Shown: positions 1 to 9,442, counted from the stretch's first letter. The stretch: DNA of 50,006 nucleotides from Candidatus Limnocylindrus sp. (GCA_040397255.1 JBBAWJ010000003.1:1-50006), one strand, 5' to 3'. Notes: generated from the sequence alone by a model not told the origin. Made by a program: numbers and translations.

Positions 1-574
1 AGTACTTGGCGCCGGCGACCCAGCCATCCATGAACTTGGTTACGCCTGGGTATGGGGCTCCACCGTAGGTGGCGATGACGTGAGTCGTCGAGATGCCAGC
101 TGCCAAGTAGGCGGCGAGCATCGAAGCCTCGTCGATCTGGAAGTCGATACCGGTGAAGTTCGCCGGAATCGTGCCATCCTCAAGTGCCCAGGTTGCGTCT
201 ACCCAGCCGAATGCAATGTCTGCATTGGCTGCGTCGAGGGCGGCTGCCTGCAGGGCGGTGCCCTGGTTGTAGCCGACGGCGATCACGCTATTGCAGCCCT
301 CGTCGATCAACTGCTGAATGTTCGGCGCGTACGACGAATCATCAACAGCGGTCGTGTAGGCCGTCTGGAACCCTTCAGCCTCGAGTGCCTGAAGGCCCTC
401 GTAGGCTGACTGGTTGAAGTTCTTGTCGGCAGGTCCGCCCGTATCCAACGAGAGGCATGCCTTGTAGTCGGCCTTCCCGGCATCGGCAGAAGCTGACGGC
501 GAAGCCGTCGAGCCACCGCACGCTGCGGCGAGAAGAGCGAGAACGGTGAGGAGCGCGAACATTCGCGTCTTCAT
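1..574 (-). CDS. BMP/PnrA-family ABC transporter substrate-binding lipoprotein (probable nucleoside binding), runs off the window edge
   Basis: Manual translation (absent from ORF track): MKTRMFALLTVLALLAAAC lipobox, then the BMP-type motif GGPADKNFNQSAYEGL; GGAGG upstream of ATG 574. Confidence 0.88.
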   Translation of the reverse strand, partial: MKTRMFALLTVLALLAAACGGSTASPSASADAGKADYKACLSLDTGGPADKNFNQSAYEGLQALEAEGFQTAYTTAVDDSSYAPNIQQLIDEGCNSVIAVGYNQGTALQAAALDAANADIAFGWVDATWALEDGTIPANFTGIDFQIDEASMLAAYLAAGISTTHVIATYGGAPYPGVTKFMDGWVAGAKY

Positions 575-724
575 ATGTATGTAGCCCTCCGCTATTTTCT
601 TTTGCTCAGACGCCCACGGCGACGAGCGGGTCAGCCATTCGCTGACCGTGGCGGCATTGTGCCTCATAACGCCTCGGTATGCGTACGTATTGCAATTGGG
701 TAGCGGGAGAAGGTTGCGGCTCTG

Positions 725-1771
725 TTACATACCCCGCTGCGATAGCCACGTCTCCAGGGCGTTCCTGAGGCGGGCTTTGGTCCCCTGCTCGGCGAAGGCG
801 AAGTCGTAGCCGGCTCGCGCTAGGCCAATCAGGTCCGCAACGGGGAGCCCCAGCCGATGATGCACGTGGAGGTACTCCTCTGAGAGGGTGACGTCGCTCA
901 CCACCAGGTCGTCGGTATTGAGGGTCATCGGCACGCCGCGCCGACGCAGTTTGGCAATCGGGAAATCTCCGTAGCCCGGAACGATGGCGGCCTGGGTGTT
1001 GCTGGTGGGACAGAGATCGAGAGAGACGTTGCGCGCGGCGAGCTCGGCGCAGAGCGATGGGTCATCAACGGCCACACCGCCATGGGCGATGCGCGCGGGC
1101 TGCACCTCAAGGGCGCGACGCACCTGCGCCGCGCCGCCCCACTCCCCCGCGTGGAGGGTGATCGCGAGTCCGCCGCTGCGCGCGATGACAAATGACTCTT
1201 TGAATGTGAGTGGATCGGGGAATGCCGCCTCGCGGCCAGCAAGATCGAATCCCACGACGCCGATGTCTTGAGCGGCGACTGCGGCGGTTGCGAGGTTGCG
1301 ATTCTCTTCCAGCGAGTGCGAGCGAAGGGCGGTGACGATCAAGCGCACTTCGATGCCAGTCTGTTCTGCTGCGCGGCGCGCCCCGGCCGCAACGGCGGCG
1401 ATCACCTGTGACTGCGTGAGCCCCTTCGCCGTGTGGAGGTGTGGGCCCCACCGCATCTCAAGATAGGCAACGTTCTCTGCAGCTTTGACGCGCACCAGCT
1501 GCTCTGCGGCGCGATCGAGCGCCTCGGCATCTTGCAGGAGGGCGATTGGCAGGTCGAATGCGCGCAAGAGATCGGCCTGATCGGCGCAGCGCTCCGGGGC
1601 GACCAGGGCTGCGCGCATCCCTGCCCAATCCCGCGGGGCATCAACGTTGCGCGTTGCGGCAAGTTCAAGGGCCAAGGCCGGATCCAGTGAGCCATCAAGG
1701 TGGAGATGAAGCTCAGGCTTCGGCATCTCAAAGAAGAGGCGACGCGCATCATCGGCACGCTGCAACTCCAC
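725..1771 (-). CDS. add: Adenosine deaminase
   Basis: PKPELHLHLDGS, GFDLAG, TLHAGEWGG, CPTSN and NTDD motifs; start placed at GTG 1771 after a GA-rich SD. Confidence 0.9.
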   Translation of the reverse strand: MELQRADDARRLFFEMPKPELHLHLDGSLDPALALELAATRNVDAPRDWAGMRAALVAPERCADQADLLRAFDLPIALLQDAEALDRAAEQLVRVKAAENVAYLEMRWGPHLHTAKGLTQSQVIAAVAAGARRAAEQTGIEVRLIVTALRSHSLEENRNLATAAVAAQDIGVVGFDLAGREAAFPDPLTFKESFVIARSGGLAITLHAGEWGGAAQVRRALEVQPARIAHGGVAVDDPSLCAELAARNVSLDLCPTSNTQAAIVPGYGDFPIAKLRRRGVPMTLNTDDLVVSDVTLSEEYLHVHHRLGLPVADLIGLARAGYDFAFAEQGTKARLRNALETWLSQRGM

Positions 1772-1848
1772 TGCTCCCCTCCCTCGCGTTGTCTCGCAGG
1801 CTGCGCACCCGCGTGCGCATCTCCGCGAGAGAGAGGATACTCCCCCGT

Positions 1849-2784
1849 ATGACCTCATCATTGCCGGTTGCGACAGATTCGCGAGCGCTCGGGGCCTGGC
1901 TCCGTGACGCGACCCCCGTTGACCGTGTTGGCATTGAGGAGCGTGTCGCCACCCTAAAGACCCGCTCCATTAAGAAGTCCTCCAAGGTGTGGGCACTCCG
2001 CCTGGCGTTGAGCATGTGCGACCTCACCACCCTCGAAGGGAGAGACACGCCAGGGAAGATCCGCCAGCTGGCGACCAAGGCGATGCGCCCGCTCCCTGGC
2101 GATGCGTCAATGCCCTCGGTCGCGGCGCTCTGCTGCTACCCCGACCTTGTGGGCGTGGCGAAAGAGGCGCTCAAGGGGAGCAGCGTCAAGGTTGCCGCAG
2201 TCGCCACCGCCTTTCCGAGCGGCCGCTCGTGGATCGACCTCAAGATTTCCGAGACGAAGTACGCGGTTGCCGCTGGTGCCGACGAGATTGACATGGTCAT
2301 CGACCGCGGCGCCTTCCTTGCCGGCGATTACGCCAAGGTGTGGGACGAGATCGTCGCCGTAAAAGAAGCCTGTGGGCCTGCACACCTGAAGGTCATCCTT
2401 GAGACAGGCGAACTCGGTACCTACGACGATGTGCGACGCGCATCTGCACTCGCTATCGCCGCCGGCGGCGACTTCATCAAGACCTCAACGGGCAAGGTCA
2501 CACCTGCGGCGACGCTACCGGTGACCCTCGTCATGCTCGAGACGATTCGCGAGCATTGGAACCGCACCGGCAAGGTGGTGGGCATGAAGCCCGCCGGCGG
2601 TATCCGCACAGCGAAAGAGGCGATCCAATATCTAGTGGTCGTTCACGAAACGCTCGGCCCTGACTGGTTGACCCCCGACCGTTTCCGATTCGGCGCATCA
2701 AGCCTGGTCAATGACCTGCTGATGCAGCTCGAAAAAGAGGTGACGGGCGCCTACGCCGATCCGGACGACTTCACCCTCGACTAG
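1849..2784 (+). CDS. deoC: Deoxyribose-phosphate aldolase (long actinobacterial-type)
   Basis: DLTTLEG, GADEIDMVI, LKVILETGEL, FIKTSTGK, KPAGGIRT and RFGASSL motifs; start reassigned to ATG 1849. Confidence 0.95.
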   Translation: MTSSLPVATDSRALGAWLRDATPVDRVGIEERVATLKTRSIKKSSKVWALRLALSMCDLTTLEGRDTPGKIRQLATKAMRPLPGDASMPSVAALCCYPDLVGVAKEALKGSSVKVAAVATAFPSGRSWIDLKISETKYAVAAGADEIDMVIDRGAFLAGDYAKVWDEIVAVKEACGPAHLKVILETGELGTYDDVRRASALAIAAGGDFIKTSTGKVTPAATLPVTLVMLETIREHWNRTGKVVGMKPAGGIRTAKEAIQYLVVVHETLGPDWLTPDRFRFGASSLVNDLLMQLEKEVTGAYADPDDFTLD

Positions 2785-2823
2785 GGTTTGCACCAGCGCG
2801 CCTCAGGGGCGCGGGAGCGTCGG

Positions 2824-3765
2824 CTACGAGCCGATCGGGTGCCAGACGGTCTTCATTTCGAGGAAGGCGGTAATGCCGTCAATTCGTTCGCCGCGCTCGC
2901 CATCAAAGGCGTCGGCGCGATCCTTCACCCCATGCGGGCGACGCGCGACGCGGGCGACGTGCTCGGCGGCACCCTGCTCCGCCTCGACGAGCAGTGCGTC
3001 GGGGCAGCCCCACAGGTCGAGCCCATCGATATCGGCGTGACGCACCAGGTGCGGCAAGAGTTCTGCTCGGCGTGCGGTGATGATGTTCACCACGCCCGCC
3101 GGCACATCGCTCACGGCGAGTGTTTCAGCCAGGGTGACGGCGGGGAGCGGCGCCGATTCGCTCGCCAACACAATCGCCACGTTCCCTCCAGCGAGGATGC
3201 CGCCGAGACGCGAGACGAGGCCGAGGAGCGGCGATGCCTCAGGGGCGATGGAAGCGATAACGCCGGTCGGCTCTGGCAGGGTGAAGACGAAGTGCGATGA
3301 GGCGACGGGATTGGTGCCGCCAAGTACGGCAGCGAGCTTGTCGGGCCAGCCTGCGTACCAGACCATGCGATCGATAGCGGCGGAGACCTCTGCTGCCGCG
3401 TCGGACTTTGATGCGCCGTGACTGATCAGGTCATCGCGGAATTGCGCGGCGCGACCCTCCATCAGTTCGGCAACGCGATAGAGGATCTGCCCGCGCACCA
3501 TTGCAGTGCGTGCGGCCCACGGCTCGGCGGCGATTCGCGCAACGCGCACCGCTTCACGCAGGTCCTTGCGCGAGCCGCGTGCAATGTTGGCGACGCCGCC
3601 CTTTGCGAGTTGAACCTCTTGGCTTCGACCAGATTCGCTCCGTGGGAATGCGCCGCCGATGTAGAGCTTGGCGGTGCGGCGCACCTCAAGACGCTCGGAG
3701 CCCTCTGACGACTCAATCGTCAACGGGAGGTTGAGCTTCTCGGTGCGCTTCGACTTCTTCCCCAT
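2824..3765 (-). CDS. Truncated aldehyde dehydrogenase-family protein lacking the catalytic domain
   Basis: KLYIGGAFPRSESGR, WYAGWPDK, EPTGV and C-terminal KTVWHP; no ELGG and no GQxC motif. Confidence 0.85.
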   Translation of the reverse strand: MGKKSKRTEKLNLPLTIESSEGSERLEVRRTAKLYIGGAFPRSESGRSQEVQLAKGGVANIARGSRKDLREAVRVARIAAEPWAARTAMVRGQILYRVAELMEGRAAQFRDDLISHGASKSDAAAEVSAAIDRMVWYAGWPDKLAAVLGGTNPVASSHFVFTLPEPTGVIASIAPEASPLLGLVSRLGGILAGGNVAIVLASESAPLPAVTLAETLAVSDVPAGVVNIITARRAELLPHLVRHADIDGLDLWGCPDALLVEAEQGAAEHVARVARRPHGVKDRADAFDGERGERIDGITAFLEMKTVWHPIGS

Positions 3766-3767
3766 GA

Positions 3768-5327
3768 CTAGGAGCTCCTCAGATAGGCGTGCAAGCCCTG
3801 CATGCCGCCTTCACGGCCGTAGCCAGACTCTTTGTAGCCACCGAACGGCGCAGTTGGATCGAAGCGGTTGAAGGTATTCGCCCAGACCACGCCCGCCTTG
3901 AGGGCGCTGGCGACCTGCAGGATGCGGCTCCCCTTCTCGGTCCAGATGCCGGCGGAGAGCCCGTACGCCGTGTTGTTCGCCTTCTCAATCGCCTCATCCA
4001 CGGTGCGGAAGGTGATGGTGGCCAAGACGGGTCCGAAGATCTCTTCACGGGCGATGCGATGGCTTTGCGCCACATTGGTGAAGAGGGTTGGGCGGTAGAA
4101 CCAGCCGCGCGTTGGTAGGTCGCAGGCTGGCTGCCAAATCTGGGCACCCTCGGCGACGCCGCTCGCAACGAGCTCACCGATGCTCTCCATCTGGGCCTTC
4201 GAGTTGATTGCACCGACGTCGGTGTTCTTATCCATCGGATCGCCGATGCGCAGCATCGACATGCGGTCGCGCAGCCGCGCCAGGAACTCTTCAGCGATGG
4301 ACTCCTGCACCAGGAGGCGACTGCCGGCGCAGCAGACCTCGCCCTGGTTGAAGAAGATGCCGTTGACGACGCCCTCGACCGCCTGATCGAGCGCCGCATC
4401 TTCGAAGACGATGTTGGCCGCCTTGCCGCCGAGTTCGAGGGTGAGCCCCTTCCCCTGTCCAGCGATCCCCTTGGCGATCGTGACGCCGACCGAGGTGCTA
4501 CCAGTGAAGGCGACCTTCGCGACACGTGGGTCGGTGACGATCGACATGCCAGTGCTCCCCGGACCGGTGATGATATTGACGACGCCGTCTGGGAGCTCCG
4601 CCTGGCGGCAGACATCGGCGAAGAGGAGCGCGGTGAGTGGCGTCGTTGAGGCGGGCTTCAGGACCACGGTGTTGCCAGCCGCAAGTGCCGGTGCGATCTT
4701 CCACGCCAGCATGAGGAGTGGGAAGTTCCACGGGATCACCTGCCCGACGACGCCGTGCGCCTCGGGTCGGCGGCCAGGAACGGCGTACTGAAGCTTGTCG
4801 GCCCACCCGGCGTAGTACCAGAAGTGCGCGGCGGCGAGAGGCACATCCACGTCACGCGACTCGCGGATCGGCTTCCCTGAGTCCATCGTTTCGGTGACGG
4901 CGAACTCGCGGCTGCGCTCCTGCAGGATGCGGCTAATGCGATAGAGATACTTGGCCCGTTCGCGTGGGTGCAACTTCGACCAGACTTTGCGATAGGCGCG
5001 ATCGGCGGCCTCAATGGCGCGATCGGCGTCGGCGGGGGTCCCCTTCGCGATCTCGGCGAGGGGCTCCTCTGTGGCCGGGTTGTAGGTGATGGTGACCTCG
5101 CCGCCTGAGGGGGCGCGCTCCTTCCCGTCGATGAAGAGGCCGTAGCGCTGGCGAATCGTGACGATCTCGCGGGACTCTGGGGCTGGGGCGTAGGCCCACG
5201 GGCTGTTGCCGGCGAGACCTGAACTTGCAGGGGCCACGATCGCTGCGGGGGCGGGGGTCGTTACGCTGACGGCGCGCGTAGGAGTGCGAGGAGGTGCGGC
5301 GCCCTTCGGTGACTGATCGCTCGGCAT
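3768..5327 (-). CDS. NAD-dependent aldehyde dehydrogenase (probably acetaldehyde, deoC-linked)
   Basis: PWNFP, FTGS, LELGGK, NQGEVCCAG, EEIFGP and PFGGYKESG motifs. Confidence 0.93.
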   Translation of the reverse strand: MPSDQSPKGAAPPRTPTRAVSVTTPAPAAIVAPASSGLAGNSPWAYAPAPESREIVTIRQRYGLFIDGKERAPSGGEVTITYNPATEEPLAEIAKGTPADADRAIEAADRAYRKVWSKLHPRERAKYLYRISRILQERSREFAVTETMDSGKPIRESRDVDVPLAAAHFWYYAGWADKLQYAVPGRRPEAHGVVGQVIPWNFPLLMLAWKIAPALAAGNTVVLKPASTTPLTALLFADVCRQAELPDGVVNIITGPGSTGMSIVTDPRVAKVAFTGSTSVGVTIAKGIAGQGKGLTLELGGKAANIVFEDAALDQAVEGVVNGIFFNQGEVCCAGSRLLVQESIAEEFLARLRDRMSMLRIGDPMDKNTDVGAINSKAQMESIGELVASGVAEGAQIWQPACDLPTRGWFYRPTLFTNVAQSHRIAREEIFGPVLATITFRTVDEAIEKANNTAYGLSAGIWTEKGSRILQVASALKAGVVWANTFNRFDPTAPFGGYKESGYGREGGMQGLHAYLRSS

Positions 5328-5387
5328 AGGTGCATCCTAGCGCGCCCACCACTTCCAGCGACGCGGCGTATCGCCTACCCTTCGCGC
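5328..5387. promoter_or_regulatory. Divergent leaderless promoters for the two ALDH genes
   Basis: TAGGAT (-, 5334-5339) and TACCCT (+, 5376-5381), each 6 nt before an ATG. Confidence 0.65.
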
Positions 5388-6920
5388 ATGACAAGTCGCG
5401 CACCAGGGGCAACTCCCCCGTTCACCCCAACGATGCTGATTGACGGCGCCTCATGTGGGGCTGCCGGCGGGCGAACCTTCACCCTGCGCCACCCCGCCAC
5501 TGGCGCTGTGATCGGCGAGATTCCCCACGCCGCTGCATCCGACGTTGACGCCGCCATCGCTGCGGCTCGACGTGCGTTTGATACCGGAGGCTGGCGCACG
5601 ACGCTCCCAGTCGAGCGCGCGCGCCTTCTCCTTGCACTCGCAGACGCTGTAGAGCGCGAGGCCGATCACTTCGCCGATCTTGAGGTGTGGCAGACCGGCA
5701 CCGCGCGCAAGCTGCGACGTGACGGCGACATTCCCGCCGTCATCGACCACCTGCGCTACTTCGCTGGCATCCTGCGCGCCCCCGAAGGGATCGCCGCAGG
5801 TGAATACACCGGCAACCACACCTCCATGATTCGGCGGGAGCCGATCGGCGTTGCTGCACTGATCGCGCCGTGGAACTATCCGCTCGCCATGGCGGTCTGG
5901 CAGGCGGCGCCCGCGCTGGCCGCCGGCAACACCGTCGTCATGAAGCCAGCCAGCGCCACACCGCTCGCAGCACTACGGCTGGCAGAGTTGGCGCGCGAAG
6001 TTGGCTTCCCTGCGGGGGTCGTCAATGTCATCACCGGACCAGGTGCCGAGATCGGCGCGCAATTCGCCGCAGATCCGCGCATCGACATCATCGCCCTCAC
6101 GGGCGATAGCGCAACTGGTCGAGAACTGATGGCTGCCGGCGCGCCAACGCTGAAGCGTCTGCATCTAGAGCTTGGTGGTAAGGCGCCGTTCGTTGTCTTT
6201 GCCGACGCCGACATTGAGGCCGCCGCGCGAGGGGCGATCGCTGGAGCCTTCGTCAACGCTGGTCAGGACTGCACCGCAGCCACGCGCCTCTACGCGCAGA
6301 GCGACATCTTCGACCGCCTCGTGGCCCGCATTGCTGAGCTCACCGCGCAGGTGCGCATCGGTGACCCTTTTGATCCGGCGACAGATCTCGGCTCGCTCAT
6401 CTCGCGCACGCATCGCGATCGAGTCGCTGGCTACGTTGATCGCGCCGTTGCTGCAGGGGCGCGGATCGTGGTGGGCGGCAGTGCGCAGCCGAAGGGCGTC
6501 CCAGCTGAGGGTGCCTACTTCGCGCCAACGCTCATCGTCGGCGCGCAGCAGTCCAGCGAGATTGTGCAGCAGGAGGTCTTCGGTCCGGTGCTCGTGGCTC
6601 TCCCATTCAGCGACGAGGCCGAAGCGATCGCCCTCGCAAACGACACGCCGTATGGCCTCGCCTCCAGCTGCTGGACGAGTGATGTGGCGCGCGCCCATCG
6701 CATGGCAGCCGCTCTTAACTTCGGCTCAGTGCTGATCAATGACCATCTCCCCTTCCTGAGCGAGATGCCGCATGGTGGCTTCAAGCAGTCGGGATTCGGT
6801 AAGGACCTCAGCCGCTACTCCTTTGAGGAGTACACGCAGATCAAGCATGTTGCGATTGAGATCACTGGCGAGGCCGAGAAGGGCTGGCACTGGACGATCT
6901 TCGGAGATCCGAAGAGGTAG
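5388..6920 (+). CDS. Aldehyde dehydrogenase, gamma-aminobutyraldehyde dehydrogenase (PatD)-like
   Basis: HTSMIRREPIG, PWNYP, LELGGKAP, NAGQDCTAATR and EMPHGGFKQSGFGKDLS motifs. Confidence 0.85.
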   Translation: MTSRAPGATPPFTPTMLIDGASCGAAGGRTFTLRHPATGAVIGEIPHAAASDVDAAIAAARRAFDTGGWRTTLPVERARLLLALADAVEREADHFADLEVWQTGTARKLRRDGDIPAVIDHLRYFAGILRAPEGIAAGEYTGNHTSMIRREPIGVAALIAPWNYPLAMAVWQAAPALAAGNTVVMKPASATPLAALRLAELAREVGFPAGVVNVITGPGAEIGAQFAADPRIDIIALTGDSATGRELMAAGAPTLKRLHLELGGKAPFVVFADADIEAAARGAIAGAFVNAGQDCTAATRLYAQSDIFDRLVARIAELTAQVRIGDPFDPATDLGSLISRTHRDRVAGYVDRAVAAGARIVVGGSAQPKGVPAEGAYFAPTLIVGAQQSSEIVQQEVFGPVLVALPFSDEAEAIALANDTPYGLASSCWTSDVARAHRMAAALNFGSVLINDHLPFLSEMPHGGFKQSGFGKDLSRYSFEEYTQIKHVAIEITGEAEKGWHWTIFGDPKR

Positions 6921-6926
6921 TTCCCC

Positions 6927-7331
6927 TTAGCTCCCGAGGAGCAGGTCGAGCCACGCGTCGAGCGGCGAGCGAGTTGGCGCATCAGGACTGAACCGCCGTG
7001 CGCCAGACCCCGGAGCATCCTCTGGAAGTGGCGCCGCGTCAGCCGCTAAGACGAACGGGCGTTCCACAGTGGAGCCGAGGCTGTAGCCGCGCGCAACCAA
7101 CTCGAGGAAGGCGGCGTCCTCGAGGAGCACCCGCTCCGCAGTAAGTGCGTCGGCCCGAGCCTGGAGGGCCGCAGTCTCGTCGCGAAGCTGCGCCAAGCGC
7201 GTATTGACCTGAATCACGCCGATCAGATTTCGCCCAAACTCCACGACGAAGAGCGTCACCAGCAGGGCCTGCCCGAGGAAGATCAGGGCGCCGCGCGTGG
7301 TGCTGGTGCGTCGGCGAATCATGACCCTCAT
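6927..7331 (-). CDS. FtsB/DivIC-like septum formation initiator
   Basis: Basic N-terminus, one TM helix, coiled coil, then LELVARGYSLG..ERPF resembling the IE..AR..LG...GE motif. Confidence 0.65.
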   Translation of the reverse strand: MRVMIRRRTSTTRGALIFLGQALLVTLFVVEFGRNLIGVIQVNTRLAQLRDETAALQARADALTAERVLLEDAAFLELVARGYSLGSTVERPFVLAADAAPLPEDAPGSGARRFSPDAPTRSPLDAWLDLLLGS

Positions 7332-7401
7332 GACCCCAGTCTCCGCGCCACACCCATCGGCGTCAAGCAGGGGCGCTGCGCGGGGTGCTAGCCTGCGCGG
7401 C

Positions 7402-7818
7402 GTGTACTTCTATGAACTTCACGAGGCGGACGACGAACTTGCTATTGGCATGACCCTCGCCCACGACGAGGCCTTCGCCCCGAGCGAGTTCTTGGCAATG
7501 GTGGAGACCGCCCGGAGTCGGGTGATGGAAACCTTTACCGAGGAGACCCTCATTGAGGCGATCGCCGCTGAGCTCGAACGCGAGCACGACTTTGCCGCCT
7601 CGCTGGATTCCCGCCTGGTGGCCGCAGTGGGCATCTCTTCTGAGGAGGGCGAGACCCGCCTTCTAACGCACGAGGGGGCGGGTGCCCACGCCGCTGACGA
7701 AGGCGAAGAGGAGGATCCCGACCTTGCCATCGCTGAGGCGCTGCTCTCAGGACGTGAGCCGATCGGCCTGCGCACCGCTGTCGTGGACCTAGAGAAGAAC
7801 GAGTCGCTCGACTCCTAG
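7402..7818 (+). CDS. Acidic hypothetical protein
   Basis: Fills the gap between ftsB and capA; start reassigned to GTG 7402, 7 nt after extended -10 TGcTAGCCT. Confidence 0.75.
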   Translation: MYFYELHEADDELAIGMTLAHDEAFAPSEFLAMVETARSRVMETFTEETLIEAIAAELEREHDFAASLDSRLVAAVGISSEEGETRLLTHEGAGAHAADEGEEEDPDLAIAEALLSGREPIGLRTAVVDLEKNESLDS

Positions 7819-7834
7819 GGACGTGGAGCTCGGG

Positions 7835-9442
7835 CTACCAGCGAGGCAGGCCCTTTGAGCCCTTCCAGACTCGATTCATGATCGGTACGCCATCGGTGGC
7901 GACGTCGACGAAGTTTGGCTGTGATTGGTTGAGGATCACCGTTGGCAACATGCGCGTGCTGACTAACCGCGAACCCACGAAGGTTGACTCAATAACGAGC
8001 CCCTCAGACGTTTCAACGGACCAGTTCTGGTCGAAGACGAAGTTCCCCATGGAGTAGAAGACCGGCTTGTCGTTGATGATCTCCATGGCACTCGCCCAGT
8101 GCGAGTGCGATCCAAGGATCATGTCGGCACCAGCCTCGATAGCCCGCTTGGCAAACCTACGCTGTGAGGCGGTCGGCTGCGCCTGGAACTCCAAGCCCCA
8201 GTGCGGGAAGACGATGACGACGTCTGCACCAGCGGCGCGAGCCGCCGCAATGGAGGCGCGCATCTCAAGGACCCCAATCGGCGCACTCCCCGGCCGGTTT
8301 GCCCGCGCGTGCGTGCTCGGGTTTACCTGGTCGACTGCAACGATGCCCACGGTGACACCACCAACGTCGGTGAGCCACGGGCGCTGCGCCTCAGCAAGGT
8401 TTGCCCCGGCGCCACCGCTGCCCATGCCGGCAGCTTTTACAGCGGCAATAGTCTCGGGGATGCGATAGACGCCCCCATCGCCGATGTGATTGTTTGCCAG
8501 CGAGAGGAAATCAAAGCCCGCCTCTTTCACCACCCGCAGAAGCGCGGGGTTTCCCGTGAAGGTTGTACCTGAGTTGTGTTGGCGCCACTTCTTCGGTGTT
8601 GGCGATTCGAGGTTCGCGATCGAGAGATCTGCCTGCTGGAAGAGTGAGCGCATCAGGCCGTTGATGCCGCCACCGCTTACGTAGCGCGCGGCGACACGTG
8701 GCACGCCAAATTGGCTGCAACAGGTTGTGCCAGTGATATCGGCAAATCCGCCATCAAAGAGCGAATCTGCCCCACGCTTTGAGCGCTTCGCGTTGGCTGA
8801 AACGCCACGGTCAAGCAGGATGTCGCCACCAGCTGCCAGAGTCCATGCGGTTGCAGGATCGTACGCGAGCGGACCGGAGAGCCAATCTGCAGGAATCGAT
8901 GCGTCGAGGGGAAGCTCGGCGCGCAGCGGCCAATCGGCCAGCGATGCAACGCGCTGCACGCCAACGATTGCGGCCCCCTCCCACGTAAGGGTGCGCAGCG
9001 CCGGCTCAAGGGCGGCGAGCCGCACGAATCCTGCCGCCTTCTCATCGGCGGCGAGTGCCGCCTTGAGGGCGGTGCGGTCCGCGACGAGTGTCAGGCGAGA
9101 TGTGATTGAGGTGGGCGAGAGGCCGAGTGCCGCAAGGATGGCGCTCGACTCCGGCGCAATCAGGATCAGTTTGGTGATCGGTAGCTTCCCCCCGACCTCA
9201 GTGAGGCGCGCGACCCCAACGCTCGTGAGCGCGGTGAGGGAGCTGCGGTATCCGGCAACGGGGATCAGCAGGCTCCGTGTGTCGCTGGTCGGTGAGGGGC
9301 TTGCGCTAGCCGAAGGATCTCCGCTCGCCCCCGACGGCGCAGCAGAGGTGCCACACGCGGCGGCAAGCAGGAGTGCGAGCGCGAGCGTGAAGAGGCTGCG
9401 ACGTCGCGGCAACGGGGCCTGGGTCACAGCGGGCAGATGCAC
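7835..9442 (-). CDS. CapA/PgsA-family metallophosphoesterase-like lipoprotein with an extra N-terminal domain
   Basis: Lipobox LAAAC; GGDILL, ANLESP, LSLANNHIGD, FPHWG, GSHSH and FYSMGNFVFDQ motifs. Confidence 0.88.
   Translation of the reverse strand: MHLPAVTQAPLPRRRSLFTLALALLLAAACGTSAAPSGASGDPSASASPSPTSDTRSLLIPVAGYRSSLTALTSVGVARLTEVGGKLPITKLILIAPESSAILAALGLSPTSITSRLTLVADRTALKAALAADEKAAGFVRLAALEPALRTLTWEGAAIVGVQRVASLADWPLRAELPLDASIPADWLSGPLAYDPATAWTLAAGGDILLDRGVSANAKRSKRGADSLFDGGFADITGTTCCSQFGVPRVAARYVSGGGINGLMRSLFQQADLSIANLESPTPKKWRQHNSGTTFTGNPALLRVVKEAGFDFLSLANNHIGDGGVYRIPETIAAVKAAGMGSGGAGANLAEAQRPWLTDVGGVTVGIVAVDQVNPSTHARANRPGSAPIGVLEMRASIAAARAAGADVVIVFPHWGLEFQAQPTASQRRFAKRAIEAGADMILGSHSHWASAMEIINDKPVFYSMGNFVFDQNWSVETSEGLVIESTFVGSRLVSTRMLPTVILNQSQPNFVDVATDGVPIMNRVWKGSKGLPRW

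Noticed and set aside
1546-1861. Apparent 316-nt head-to-head overlap of the add and deoC ORFs
   Set aside because: Artefact of longest-ORF starts; the supported starts (1771 and 1849) leave a 77-nt gap
2797-2813. GC hairpin between convergent deoC and the truncated ALDH as an intrinsic terminator
   Set aside because: Short stem with no U-tract on either strand; cannot be supported
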